Positions 1 to 8,373 of a stretch of DNA of 41,567 nt are shown here, one piece after another; positions within the stretch are counted from its first letter, which is position 1; every line of letters starts with the position of its first letter. The notes below the pieces were generated by a model, which was not told where the DNA came from, searched no databases, and worked only from the letters and a program-made list of their open reading frames with translations. This DNA comes from Escherichia phage mEpX1: the sequence record NC_019709.1; one strand, given 5' to 3'. The position numbers and the translations under genes are program-made.

Positions 1-486
1 ATGGCAGATAAACGAATCCGTTCCGACAGTTCGGCGGCAGCGGTTCAGGCCATGAAAAATGCAGCTGTGGACACCATCGATCCGCCGTCCCATGCAGGTT
101 TGGAGAAAAAAGCCGAACCATTCTGGCATGACAATATCAGATCGAAAGCTCTGGACAGCTGGACGCCTGCCGACCTTCTAGCCGCCGTAGAACTTGCTAA
201 TAATCAGCTCTATATCACCGTTTTACGCAAGGATTTACGCAAAGAAGAGCGCATACGCGGGGAGGAGCGAGACGAAGGCCTTATAAAAGACCTCCGCAAG
301 CAAATTGTTGAGCTACAACGAACTATCCTGGCTCAGCGCCGCGACCTCCAGATCCACTCCCACGCAACCAACGGCGAAAGTCGCGACCAGAAGAAACGTA
401 ATCAGAACGATCGTGATGCACGGAATACCAAAAACGAGCATCAGGACCAGGACGATAACCTGATCGCCTTTCCCAAGCACGGATAA
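1..486 (+). CDS. Terminase small subunit (HK97/P27-like)
   Basis: 161-aa ORF directly upstream of the large terminase; charged, basic C-terminal tail. Its SD (aaggtg, 41546-41551) is at the window's 3' end, 7 nt before the ATG at position 1 if the ends are joined. Confidence 0.65.
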   Translation: MADKRIRSDSSAAAVQAMKNAAVDTIDPPSHAGLEKKAEPFWHDNIRSKALDSWTPADLLAAVELANNQLYITVLRKDLRKEERIRGEERDEGLIKDLRKQIVELQRTILAQRRDLQIHSHATNGESRDQKKRNQNDRDARNTKNEHQDQDDNLIAFPKHG

Positions 487-492
487 AAGACT

Positions 493-2007
493 ATGACGCG
501 AGGTGAGCGTGTAATAGCGTTCATTGAGCGCTTTTGCATCGTGCCAGAAGGCAAGCTTATCGGCCAACCTATGCGGTTGGACCCCTTTCAGAAAGATTTC
601 ATTCTGGCGGTTTACGACAATCCAGCCGGAACGGATATGGCGATCCTCTCCATCGCCCGAAAAAATGGTAAGACTGGCCTGATTGCCGGAATTCTGCTGG
701 CTCACCTGGTGGGGCCTGAAGCGGTGCAGAACACGCAGATTGTCAGCGGTGCACTCAGCCGGGAACAGGCGGCCATCGTTTTTAACCTCGCGGTGAAGAT
801 GGTTAACCTGAACCCCAAGCTGCAGGAGATTGTGCACATTACGCCCAGCGGCAAAAAGCTTATCGGCCTGCCGTGTAACGTCGAATACAAGGCTTTATCC
901 GCAGAAGGTAAGACGACGCACGGCCTTTCCCCCATTCTGGCCATTCTCGATGAAACCGGGCAGGTTAGGGGGCCGCAGGATGATTTTATCGATGCAATAA
1001 CTACCGCGCAGGGGGCTCATGAAAACCCGCTGCTAATCGTTATCAGTACGCAGGCAGCAAACGATGCTGACCTGCTTAGCATCTGGATTGATGATGCGGT
1101 CAAATCGAAAGATCCGCACATCGTGTGCCACGTTTATGAAGCGCCAAAAGACGCTGATATCAGTAAACGCGAGTCCTGGCTGGCTGCGAACCCGGCACTG
1201 GGAACATTCAGGTCAGAAAAAGACATGGCGCGCCAGGCTGAGAAAGCTGGCCGAATGCCAAGCTTCGAAAACACCTTCCGAAACCTCAACCTCAATCAGC
1301 GCGTGTCTACCGTATCGCCGTTTATCTCCCGCAGCGTGTGGGAGCTTTGCGGAGAGATGCCGATTAACACCCCGAGGAAGTGGTACGCGGGGCTGGATCT
1401 GTCAGCCAGGAACGACTTAACGGCGCTGGTTATCGCTGGTGAAGCAGATGATGGTGTCTGGGATGTTTTCCCCTTCTTCTGGACACCGCAAAAGACTCTT
1501 GAAGAGCGAACCAAAACGGACCGAGCACCCTATGACGTTTGGGTGAGGGAGGGGCTGCTGCGCACCACGCCAGGAGCTTCGGTGGATTACTCATTCGTCG
1601 TTGCGGATATCGCTGAAATTATCGGTGATTTCGACCTTACCTCGATGGCTTTTGACCGCTGGCGCATTGACCAGTTCAGGAAGGATGCCGATGCCATTGG
1701 GCTGAGCCTCCCGCTGGTCGAGTTCGGCCAGGGCTTTAAGGATATGGGGCCAGCTGTAGACACGCTGGAGTCTCTGATGCTTAACGGGCGCGTGAGGCAT
1801 GGCATGCACCCCGTATTAACGATGTGTGCTGTGAATGCGGTGGTGGTGAAAGATGCTGCTGGCAACCGCAAGCTCGATAAATCCAAAGCAACGGGCCGTA
1901 TTGATGGCATGGTCGCAATGACAATGTCCGTTGGTGCTGCTAATGGGGAAGTTACCGAACAGGGTGGTGACTTCGACGACTTCATTTTCCGACCGCTGAG
2001 CATGTGA
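493..2007 (+). CDS. Terminase large subunit
   Basis: 504-aa ORF with ATPase-type N-terminal region (SIARKNGKTGL P-loop-like, ILDETG Walker-B-like) and C-terminal nuclease region; sits between terS and portal. Confidence 0.9.
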   Translation: MTRGERVIAFIERFCIVPEGKLIGQPMRLDPFQKDFILAVYDNPAGTDMAILSIARKNGKTGLIAGILLAHLVGPEAVQNTQIVSGALSREQAAIVFNLAVKMVNLNPKLQEIVHITPSGKKLIGLPCNVEYKALSAEGKTTHGLSPILAILDETGQVRGPQDDFIDAITTAQGAHENPLLIVISTQAANDADLLSIWIDDAVKSKDPHIVCHVYEAPKDADISKRESWLAANPALGTFRSEKDMARQAEKAGRMPSFENTFRNLNLNQRVSTVSPFISRSVWELCGEMPINTPRKWYAGLDLSARNDLTALVIAGEADDGVWDVFPFFWTPQKTLEERTKTDRAPYDVWVREGLLRTTPGASVDYSFVVADIAEIIGDFDLTSMAFDRWRIDQFRKDADAIGLSLPLVEFGQGFKDMGPAVDTLESLMLNGRVRHGMHPVLTMCAVNAVVVKDAAGNRKLDKSKATGRIDGMVAMTMSVGAANGEVTEQGGDFDDFIFRPLSM

Positions 2008-3281
2008 TGGAAGAACCTAAATACACGATTGACCTGCGAACCAATAACGGCTGGTGGGCAAGGCTGAAGTCCTGGTTTGTCGGCGGGCGTTTAGTCACCC
2101 CAAATCAGGGCTCACAGACGGGGCCTGTTTCGGCCCACGGATACCTGGGCGATTCATCCATTAACGATGAACGGATACTGCAAATTTCGACTGTGTGGCG
2201 CTGCGTGAGCCTGATTTCAACGCTCACGGCATGCTTACCGCTTGATGTCTTCGAAACAGACCAGAATGACAACCGTAAAAAAGTGGATTTGAGCAATCCA
2301 CTGGCGCGACTGCTGCGCTACTCACCGAATCAGTACATGACCGCCCAAGAATTCAGGGAGGCCATGACGATGCAGCTCTGTTTCTACGGTAACGCATATG
2401 CACTTGTGGACCGCAACAGCGCAGGTGACGTGATCAGCCTTCTCCCGCTTCAGTCTGCCAATATGGATGTGAAGCTCGTCGGAAAAAAAGTGGTTTATCG
2501 CTATCAACGCGACAGCGAATACGCCGACTTTTCGCAGAAAGAGATTTTTCACCTTAAAGGCTTCGGATTCACCGGGCTTGTAGGCCTGTCACCCATTGCT
2601 TTTGCCTGTAAATCGGCAGGTGTGGCAGTTGCGATGGAGGACCAGCAGCGAGATTTCTTTGCCAACGGCGCCAAGTCTCCGCAAATCCTCTCAACTGGCG
2701 AAAAAGTGCTAACTGAACAGCAGCGCTCCCAGGTCGAAGAGAACTTCAAAGAGATCGCCGGCGGCCCGGTAAAAAAACGCCTCTGGATTCTGGAAGCGGG
2801 TTTTTCTACATCGGCAATTGGCGTAACTCCGCAGGATGCCGAAATGATGGCGTCCCGAAAATTTCAGGTAAGTGAACTGGCGCGATTCTTTGGCGTACCG
2901 CCTCACCTTGTCGGCGACGTCGAGAAATCAACGAGCTGGGGATCGGGCATCGAGCAGCAGAATCTCGGCTTCCTGCAGTACACCCTGCAGCCCTATATCT
3001 CCAGGTGGGAAAACAGCATTCAGCGGTGGCTTATTCCTGCTAAGGATGTTGGCCGCATTCATGCTGAGCACAACCTCGACGGCCTGCTGAGGGGCGATTC
3101 GGCATCCCGCGCTGCCTTTATGAAGGCAATGGGAGAGGCAGGGCTACGCACCATCAACGAGATGCGACGAACGGACAACCTCCCGCCATTGCCGGGTGGC
3201 GATGTGGCAATGCGCCAGTCGCAATACGTGCCGATCACCGATTTAGGAACCAACAAAGAGCCCCGTAATAACGGGGCTTAA
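2004..3281 (+). CDS. Portal protein (HK97 family)
   Basis: 425-aa ORF overlapping the terL stop and followed by protease and capsid genes; size and position typical of HK97-type portal. Confidence 0.85.
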   Translation: MMEEPKYTIDLRTNNGWWARLKSWFVGGRLVTPNQGSQTGPVSAHGYLGDSSINDERILQISTVWRCVSLISTLTACLPLDVFETDQNDNRKKVDLSNPLARLLRYSPNQYMTAQEFREAMTMQLCFYGNAYALVDRNSAGDVISLLPLQSANMDVKLVGKKVVYRYQRDSEYADFSQKEIFHLKGFGFTGLVGLSPIAFACKSAGVAVAMEDQQRDFFANGAKSPQILSTGEKVLTEQQRSQVEENFKEIAGGPVKKRLWILEAGFSTSAIGVTPQDAEMMASRKFQVSELARFFGVPPHLVGDVEKSTSWGSGIEQQNLGFLQYTLQPYISRWENSIQRWLIPAKDVGRIHAEHNLDGLLRGDSASRAAFMKAMGEAGLRTINEMRRTDNLPPLPGGDVAMRQSQYVPITDLGTNKEPRNNGA

Positions 3282-3286
3282 TTTTT
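3259..3286 (+). terminator. Intrinsic terminator-like hairpin at portal 3' end
   Basis: 7-bp stem agccccg/cggggct with taataa loop, followed by a T-run and ATGGG. Confidence 0.45.
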
Positions 3287-3976
3287 ATGGGGGCCGTAAT
3301 GCCTGAAATCGTAAAAACGCTGTCCTTCGACGAGACAGAAATCAAATTCACCGGTGACGGTAAACAGGGGATTTTTGAAGGCTACGCCTCTGTTTTTAAT
3401 AACACCGATTCCGATGGCGACATCATTCTGCCCGGGGCGTTTAAAAACGCGCTGGCGAACCAGACCCGAAAAGTGGCGATGTTTTTTAACCACAGGACGT
3501 GGGAACTGCCGGTTGGCAAATGGGACAGCCTGGCTGAGGACGAAAAAGGCCTGTATGTGCGCGGTCAACTTACCCCAGGACACAGCGGCGCCGCTGACCT
3601 GAAAGCGGCAATGCAGCACGGTACGGTTGAAGGTATGTCGGTTGGCTTTTCCGTTTCGAAAGACGATTACACCATCATTCCAACAGGCCGCATTTTTAAG
3701 AATATCCAGGCTCTGCGCGAAATCAGCGTCTGCACTTTCCCCGCCAACGAACAGGCTGGCATCGCAGCCATGAAAAGTGTCGATGGCATTGAAACGATTC
3801 GTGATGTGGAGAACTGGCTGAGGGATTCAGTCGGCCTCACCAAATCACAGGCAGTTGGGCTAATTGCCCGGTTTAAGTCAGCGATTCGGAGCGAGTCCGA
3901 GGGCGACGGAAACGAAGCACAAATAAACGCTCTGCTTCAGAGCATCAAATCTTTCCCTTCTAACTTAGGTAAATAA
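3287..3976 (+). CDS. Prohead maturation protease (HK97 gp4-like)
   Basis: 229-aa ORF between portal and major capsid protein; canonical position and size. Confidence 0.8.
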   Translation: MGAVMPEIVKTLSFDETEIKFTGDGKQGIFEGYASVFNNTDSDGDIILPGAFKNALANQTRKVAMFFNHRTWELPVGKWDSLAEDEKGLYVRGQLTPGHSGAADLKAAMQHGTVEGMSVGFSVSKDDYTIIPTGRIFKNIQALREISVCTFPANEQAGIAAMKSVDGIETIRDVENWLRDSVGLTKSQAVGLIARFKSAIRSESEGDGNEAQINALLQSIKSFPSNLGK

Positions 3977-3978
3977 TT

Positions 3979-5133
3979 ATGTCTGAACTCGCTCTCATTC
4001 AAAAAGCTATCGAAGAATCCCAGCAGAAAATGACCCAGCTTTTCGATGCGCAGAAAGCAGAAATCGAAAGCACAGGCCAGGTTTCCAAACAGTTGCAGTC
4101 CGACCTGATGAAAGTACAGGAAGAGCTGACCAAATCCGGCGCTCGCCTCTTCGATCTGGAACAGAAACTGGCATCCGGCGCTGAGAATCCTGGTGAGAAG
4201 AAATCCTTCTCTGAACGGGCTGCTGAAGAGCTTATTAAGTCATGGGACGGTAAACAGGGCACCTTTGGCGCTAAAACGTTTAACAAGTCACTAGGCAGTG
4301 ACGCTGGTTCGGCTGGCTCACTGATCCAGCCTATGCAGATCCCAGGCATCATCATGCCAGGCCTGCGCCGTCTTACCATTCGTGATCTGCTGTCTCAGGG
4401 CCGCACTTCCAGTAACGCTCTGGAATATGTGCGTGAAGAGGTGTTTACCAATAACGCCGACGTGGTGGCAGAGAAAGCACTGAAGCCAGAATCGGATATC
4501 ACCTTCAGCAAACAAACCGCGAACGTGAAGACCATCGCGCACTGGGTGCAGGCATCACGTCAGGTGATGGATGATGCGCCAATGCTTCAGTCCTACATTA
4601 ACAACCGCCTCATGTACGGCCTGGCACTGAAGGAAGAGGGCCAGCTGCTGAACGGCGACGGTACCGGGGATAACCTGGAAGGGCTGAACAAAGTGGCAAC
4701 CGCCTATGACACCTCGCTGAATGCCACCGGCGACACCCGCGCTGACATTATCGCTCACGCTATTTATCAGGTGACCGAGTCTGAGTTCAGCGCTTCCGGT
4801 ATCGTCCTGAACCCGCGCGACTGGCACAACATCGCGTTGCTGAAAGACAATGAAGGCCGCTATATCTTCGGTGGTCCTCAGGCATTCACCAGTAACATCA
4901 TGTGGGGCTTGCCAGTGGTTCCGACTAAGGCGCAGGCCGTCGGCACCTTTACCGTAGGCGGTTTCGATATGGCCTCACAGGTCTGGGATCGCATGGATGC
5001 CACCGTGGAAGTTAGCCGTGAAGACCGCGATAACTTCGTGAAAAACATGCTGACCATCCTGTGCGAAGAGCGTCTGGCGCTGGCGCATTATCGCCCGACA
5101 GCAATCATCAAGGGCACCTTCTCTGCTGACTAA
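3979..5133 (+). CDS. Major capsid protein (HK97 fold) with N-terminal delta domain
   Basis: 384-aa ORF with coiled-coil-like N-terminal ~100 aa, then capsid body; from memory it closely resembles HK97 gp5. Confidence 0.9.
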   Translation: MSELALIQKAIEESQQKMTQLFDAQKAEIESTGQVSKQLQSDLMKVQEELTKSGARLFDLEQKLASGAENPGEKKSFSERAAEELIKSWDGKQGTFGAKTFNKSLGSDAGSAGSLIQPMQIPGIIMPGLRRLTIRDLLSQGRTSSNALEYVREEVFTNNADVVAEKALKPESDITFSKQTANVKTIAHWVQASRQVMDDAPMLQSYINNRLMYGLALKEEGQLLNGDGTGDNLEGLNKVATAYDTSLNATGDTRADIIAHAIYQVTESEFSASGIVLNPRDWHNIALLKDNEGRYIFGGPQAFTSNIMWGLPVVPTKAQAVGTFTVGGFDMASQVWDRMDATVEVSREDRDNFVKNMLTILCEERLALAHYRPTAIIKGTFSAD

Positions 5134-5142
5134 TGATGGAGG

Positions 5143-5165
5143 GGGCGGGGAAACCCGCCCTTTTA
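5143..5165 (+). terminator. Terminator-like hairpin after capsid gene
   Basis: Stem gggcggg/cccgccc with gaaa tetraloop, followed by tttt. Confidence 0.5.
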
Positions 5166-5169
5166 ACGT

Positions 5170-5496
5170 ATGGCGATAGATGTTCTGGATGTAATTCCCC
5201 TCAGTCTGTTTAAGCAGCAGATTGAGTTTGAGGAAGACGACAGGGACGAGCTGATCACGCTGTACGCCCAGGCCGCTTTTGACTACTGCATGCGCTGGTG
5301 CGATGAACCAGCATGGAAGGTTGCGGCTGATATTCCTGCCGCCGTTAAGGGCGCCGTTCTGCTTGTCTTTGCTGACATGTTTGAACACCGGACGGCACAA
5401 AGCGAAGTGCAGCTTTATGAGAATGCAGCCGCCGAACGCATGATGTTCATTCATCGCAACTGGCGCGGTAAATCTGAACCTGAGGAGGGCTCCTGA
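5170..5496 (+). CDS. Head-tail connector protein (gp6-like)
   Basis: 108-aa ORF, first gene after capsid; positional and size match. Confidence 0.55.
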   Translation: MAIDVLDVIPLSLFKQQIEFEEDDRDELITLYAQAAFDYCMRWCDEPAWKVAADIPAAVKGAVLLVFADMFEHRTAQSEVQLYENAAAERMMFIHRNWRGKSEPEEGS

Positions 5497-5834
5497 TGGA
5501 ACCTGGACGATTCAGGCACAGGGTAAAAATTCTCACCTTCACGACTTCGCGCGATCCATCTGGTCAGCCGGTTGAATCGTGGACAGGTGGCAACCCGGTC
5601 CCGGCTGAGGTAAAGGGGATCAGCGGCAGAGAGCAGCTTTCAGGCGGCGCGGAAACGGCGCAGGCAACGATTCGCGTCTGGATGCGCTTCAGGTCAGAGC
5701 TGAATGCCTCTTCTCGTCTGGAAGTGCTCAGCGGACCGTATAAAGGTCAGGTGCTAAATATCATCGGTCCTCCTGTAGCAAATTCGACCGGCACTCGCCT
5801 GGAAATTCTTTGCAAAACGGGAGCTGAAAAATGA
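5496..5834 (+). CDS. Head-tail adaptor / head closure protein
   Basis: 112-aa ORF, start overlaps upstream stop; head-tail joining block. Confidence 0.55.
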   Translation: MEPGRFRHRVKILTFTTSRDPSGQPVESWTGGNPVPAEVKGISGREQLSGGAETAQATIRVWMRFRSELNASSRLEVLSGPYKGQVLNIIGPPVANSTGTRLEILCKTGAEK

Positions 5835-6280
5835 TTGAGACGAGCCTCGATTTTTCCGGGCTGAATGACATCGCAAAGGATCTGGAGGCGCTTAGCCGCG
5901 CTGAAAACAACAAGGTTCTGCGTGATGCCACGCGCGCTGGCGCCGAAGTGCTTAAGGAAGAAGTGATCGCCCGCGCGCCGGTGCGCACCGGGAAACTGAA
6001 AAAAAACGTGGTGGTGGTGACCCAAAAAAGCCGCCGCCGCGGGGAAATTTCTTCCGGTGTCCATATTCGTGGTGTTAACCCGCGCACCGGGAACAGCGAT
6101 AACACTATGAAGGCGAGTAACCCAAGAAACGCCTTTTACTGGCGATTCGTTGAAATGGGTACCGCGAACATGCCTGCACATCCGTTTGTGCGACCCGCTT
6201 ACGATACTCGCGAGGAAGAGGCCGCCAGCGTCGCCATTGCCAGGATGAATCAGGCTATTGATGAGGTATTGAGCAAGTGA
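5831..6280 (+). CDS. HK97 gp10-like tail component
   Basis: 149-aa ORF, overlapping stop/start coupling; position in head-tail joining block. Confidence 0.55.
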   Translation: MIETSLDFSGLNDIAKDLEALSRAENNKVLRDATRAGAEVLKEEVIARAPVRTGKLKKNVVVVTQKSRRRGEISSGVHIRGVNPRTGNSDNTMKASNPRNAFYWRFVEMGTANMPAHPFVRPAYDTREEEAASVAIARMNQAIDEVLSK

Positions 6281-6624
6281 ATGAAGATAATATCTACGCC
6301 TTGCTTTCTCCCCTGGCAGAAGGACGGGTATATCCCTATGTTGCGCCATTAGGTAGTGACGGTAAACCGTCTGTCTCTCCACCCTGGATTATCTTTTCCA
6401 TCGTCGATGATGTTTCCGCTGACGTGCTGTGTGGTCAGGCAGAGAGCAGGGTTTCCGTTCAGGTCGATGTGTATTCCACTTCGATCGCTGAATCACGATC
6501 CCTGAGAGATTTGGTGCTCGCTTCGCTTGAGCCGTTAACCCCTACAGAGGTGGTAAAAATCCCCGGGTACGAGCCAGATTATCGGCTCTACCGTGCCACC
6601 CTGGATTTTAAAGTTACCCCCTGA
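6277..6624 (+). CDS. Tail terminator-like protein
   Basis: 115-aa ORF immediately upstream of the major tail protein. Confidence 0.5.
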   Translation: MNEDNIYALLSPLAEGRVYPYVAPLGSDGKPSVSPPWIIFSIVDDVSADVLCGQAESRVSVQVDVYSTSIAESRSLRDLVLASLEPLTPTEVVKIPGYEPDYRLYRATLDFKVTP

Positions 6625-6644
6625 CAATTAATTCACCCAACGAA

Positions 6645-6670
6645 CCCGCCAGATGGCGGGTTTTCTTTTT
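6645..6670 (+). terminator. Terminator-like hairpin before major tail gene
   Basis: Stem cccgcc/ggcggg with agat loop plus ttttcttttt; SD aggaga follows. Confidence 0.5.
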
Positions 6671-6683
6671 CCAGGAGACAGCT

Positions 6684-7388
6684 ATGTCTGCACTTTATGA
6701 AAAATCGCAGCTGACGAAGATCCTTATTTCCTCCCTGCCGTCCACCAAAGAAACGATGGATTCCGCCACCTTTCTCGATCTGAGTTGCACCATCAAAGAA
6801 ATTCAGTTCACTGGTGGCCAGAAGCAGGATATCGACGTAACAACACTTTGCTCTACCGAGCAGGAGAACATCAACGGCCTGCCTTCTCCGTCAGAAATCT
6901 CTCTGTCCGGCAACTTCTACAATAATCCAGCGCAGGACGCCTTGCGTGATGCGTATGACAACGACACCACTTACGGCTTCCAGATCATCTTCCCGTCAGG
7001 TAATGGTTTTAAGTTCCTGGCCGAAGTTCGCCAGCATACCTGGTCATCTGGTACCAATGGTGTTGTGGCAGCTACATTCTCACTGCGCCTTAAAGGCAAG
7101 CCTGTCCCGATTGACTCTGTACTTAAACTGACCACTGATCTTCCTTCCTCACTGTCTGTAGCGGTGGGGGCTGCGATCAGCATGGCTGTAGTAGCTGCCG
7201 GTGGTAAGCCTCCGTATGCCTACACCTGGAAGAAGGCAGGTAGCACCGTCAGCGGGCAGACATCCGATACCTTTAATAAAGCCACCGCAGTTTCAGGTGA
7301 TGCAGGTGATTACACCTGTGTGGTTACGGATTCTTCTTCTCCGGTCAAAACGGTTACCTCAGCTGCCTGCACCCTTACTATCAGTTAA
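6684..7388 (+). CDS. Major tail protein with C-terminal Ig-like domain (lambda V-like)
   Basis: 234-aa ORF; C-terminal ~80 aa shows a Big_2-like pattern (GDAGDYTCVVTD...TLTIS); position before G/T chaperones. Confidence 0.8.
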   Translation: MSALYEKSQLTKILISSLPSTKETMDSATFLDLSCTIKEIQFTGGQKQDIDVTTLCSTEQENINGLPSPSEISLSGNFYNNPAQDALRDAYDNDTTYGFQIIFPSGNGFKFLAEVRQHTWSSGTNGVVAATFSLRLKGKPVPIDSVLKLTTDLPSSLSVAVGAAISMAVVAAGGKPPYAYTWKKAGSTVSGQTSDTFNKATAVSGDAGDYTCVVTDSSSPVKTVTSAACTLTIS

Positions 7389-7422
7389 TGGAGATGCCGG
7401 GTTGTCCCGGCATGGATAAGCG

Positions 7423-7809
7423 ATGTCGCAAACTTTAAAACAATTAGCCATGGCGAAAATGGCTGGCTTTCGCCATAAGACGGTCGTTGTCCCTGAGTGG
7501 GAAGGTGTCAAAGTGGTTCTCCGTGAGCCGTCAGGTGAAGCCTGGCTGCGCTGGCAGGAGGTGGTGAAAGGGGGGGCCGACGATGAAAATGTGTCGGTAT
7601 CGGAAAAGGCGCACCGTAATCTTTGCGCTGACGTGGTGCTCTTCATTGACGTTCTGTGTGACACCGATAAGCAACCGGTATTCAGCGTAGACGAAGAAGA
7701 GCAGGTGCGTGAAATTTACGGGCCCGTGCACTCACGTCTGCTCAAACAGGCGCTTGACCTGATCAACAATGCGGACGAAGCGCGGGAAAAGTCTCAACCC
7801 CCGGCGTAA
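7423..7809 (+). CDS. Tail assembly chaperone (lambda G-like)
   Basis: 128-aa ORF between major tail protein and tape measure; the -1 frame is open from 7758 across its stop. Confidence 0.7.
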   Translation: MSQTLKQLAMAKMAGFRHKTVVVPEWEGVKVVLREPSGEAWLRWQEVVKGGADDENVSVSEKAHRNLCADVVLFIDVLCDTDKQPVFSVDEEEQVREIYGPVHSRLLKQALDLINNADEAREKSQPPA

Positions 7810-8096
7810 AGTTTCTGATGTCGCTTGCGCTCCGGATGGGGCGCACGCTCTCAGAGCTTCGGCAGAATATGACGGCAAGCGAGCTTCTGATGTGGATTGA
7901 GTACGACAGGCAAAGCCCGGTTGGCGATATTCGCGGTGATATCCATGCAGCGCAGATTGTCTCTGCCATCTACGGCTCGCAGGGGGCAAAAGTACCGCTG
8001 GACGATGCGATCCTGCGCTGGGGTGGTGATGAGCAATCAGAACCGAAGGACCCGTTTGCAGGGCTTGAGGCGGCACTTACAGCTGCGACACAATAA
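7758..8096 (+). CDS. T-like extension of tail chaperone, probably made as a G-T fusion by -1 frameshift
   Basis: The -1 frame relative to the G-like ORF is open from 7758 through the 7818-8096 ORF; A-rich gggaaaag (7784-7791) lies ~20 nt before the G stop. Confidence 0.55.
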   Translation, partial: PDQQCGRSAGKVSTPGVKFLMSLALRMGRTLSELRQNMTASELLMWIEYDRQSPVGDIRGDIHAAQIVSAIYGSQGAKVPLDDAILRWGGDEQSEPKDPFAGLEAALTAATQ

Positions 8097-8153
8097 TTGC
8101 TTCACATGCCTTCAATGTAGCGATACGCTCTTTCCTTAAGTAAAGGAGGCGTT

Positions 8154-8342
8154 ATGGAACCACTGGTAGTAGTGTTTGGAATATTCGGCTGGCTGATAAA
8201 TCTAATTGTGATTTTTTATTTATTACGGTTTAGCACAAGGGCAAATGAACAAGTTGAAGCCCTTAAAGAGATAAATAAAAAGCAAGATGCGCAAATAGAT
8301 TTATTAATACAAGTCGCTCACCAAAGAAAAGACAGTTTATAA
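8154..8342 (+). CDS. Small single-pass membrane protein, tail-module moron (HK97 gp15-like position)
   Basis: 62 aa; hydrophobic N-terminal helix then charged helical tail; own SD (aaggagg), lower GC than flanks, terminator downstream; inserted between chaperones and tape measure. Confidence 0.6.
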   Translation: MEPLVVVFGIFGWLINLIVIFYLLRFSTRANEQVEALKEINKKQDAQIDLLIQVAHQRKDSL

Positions 8343-8349
8343 CTCACGA

Positions 8350-8373
8350 CCCGCTATCAAGCGGGTTTTTTTT
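8350..8373 (+). terminator. Intrinsic terminator after moron
   Basis: Stem cccgc/gcggg with tatcaa loop plus T8, followed by ATGGG. Confidence 0.6.

Noticed and set aside
313-944. Minus-strand ORFs (313-837, 702-944) overlapping terS/terL
   Set aside because: Antisense to well-supported terminase genes, no SD, composition consistent with shadow ORFs.
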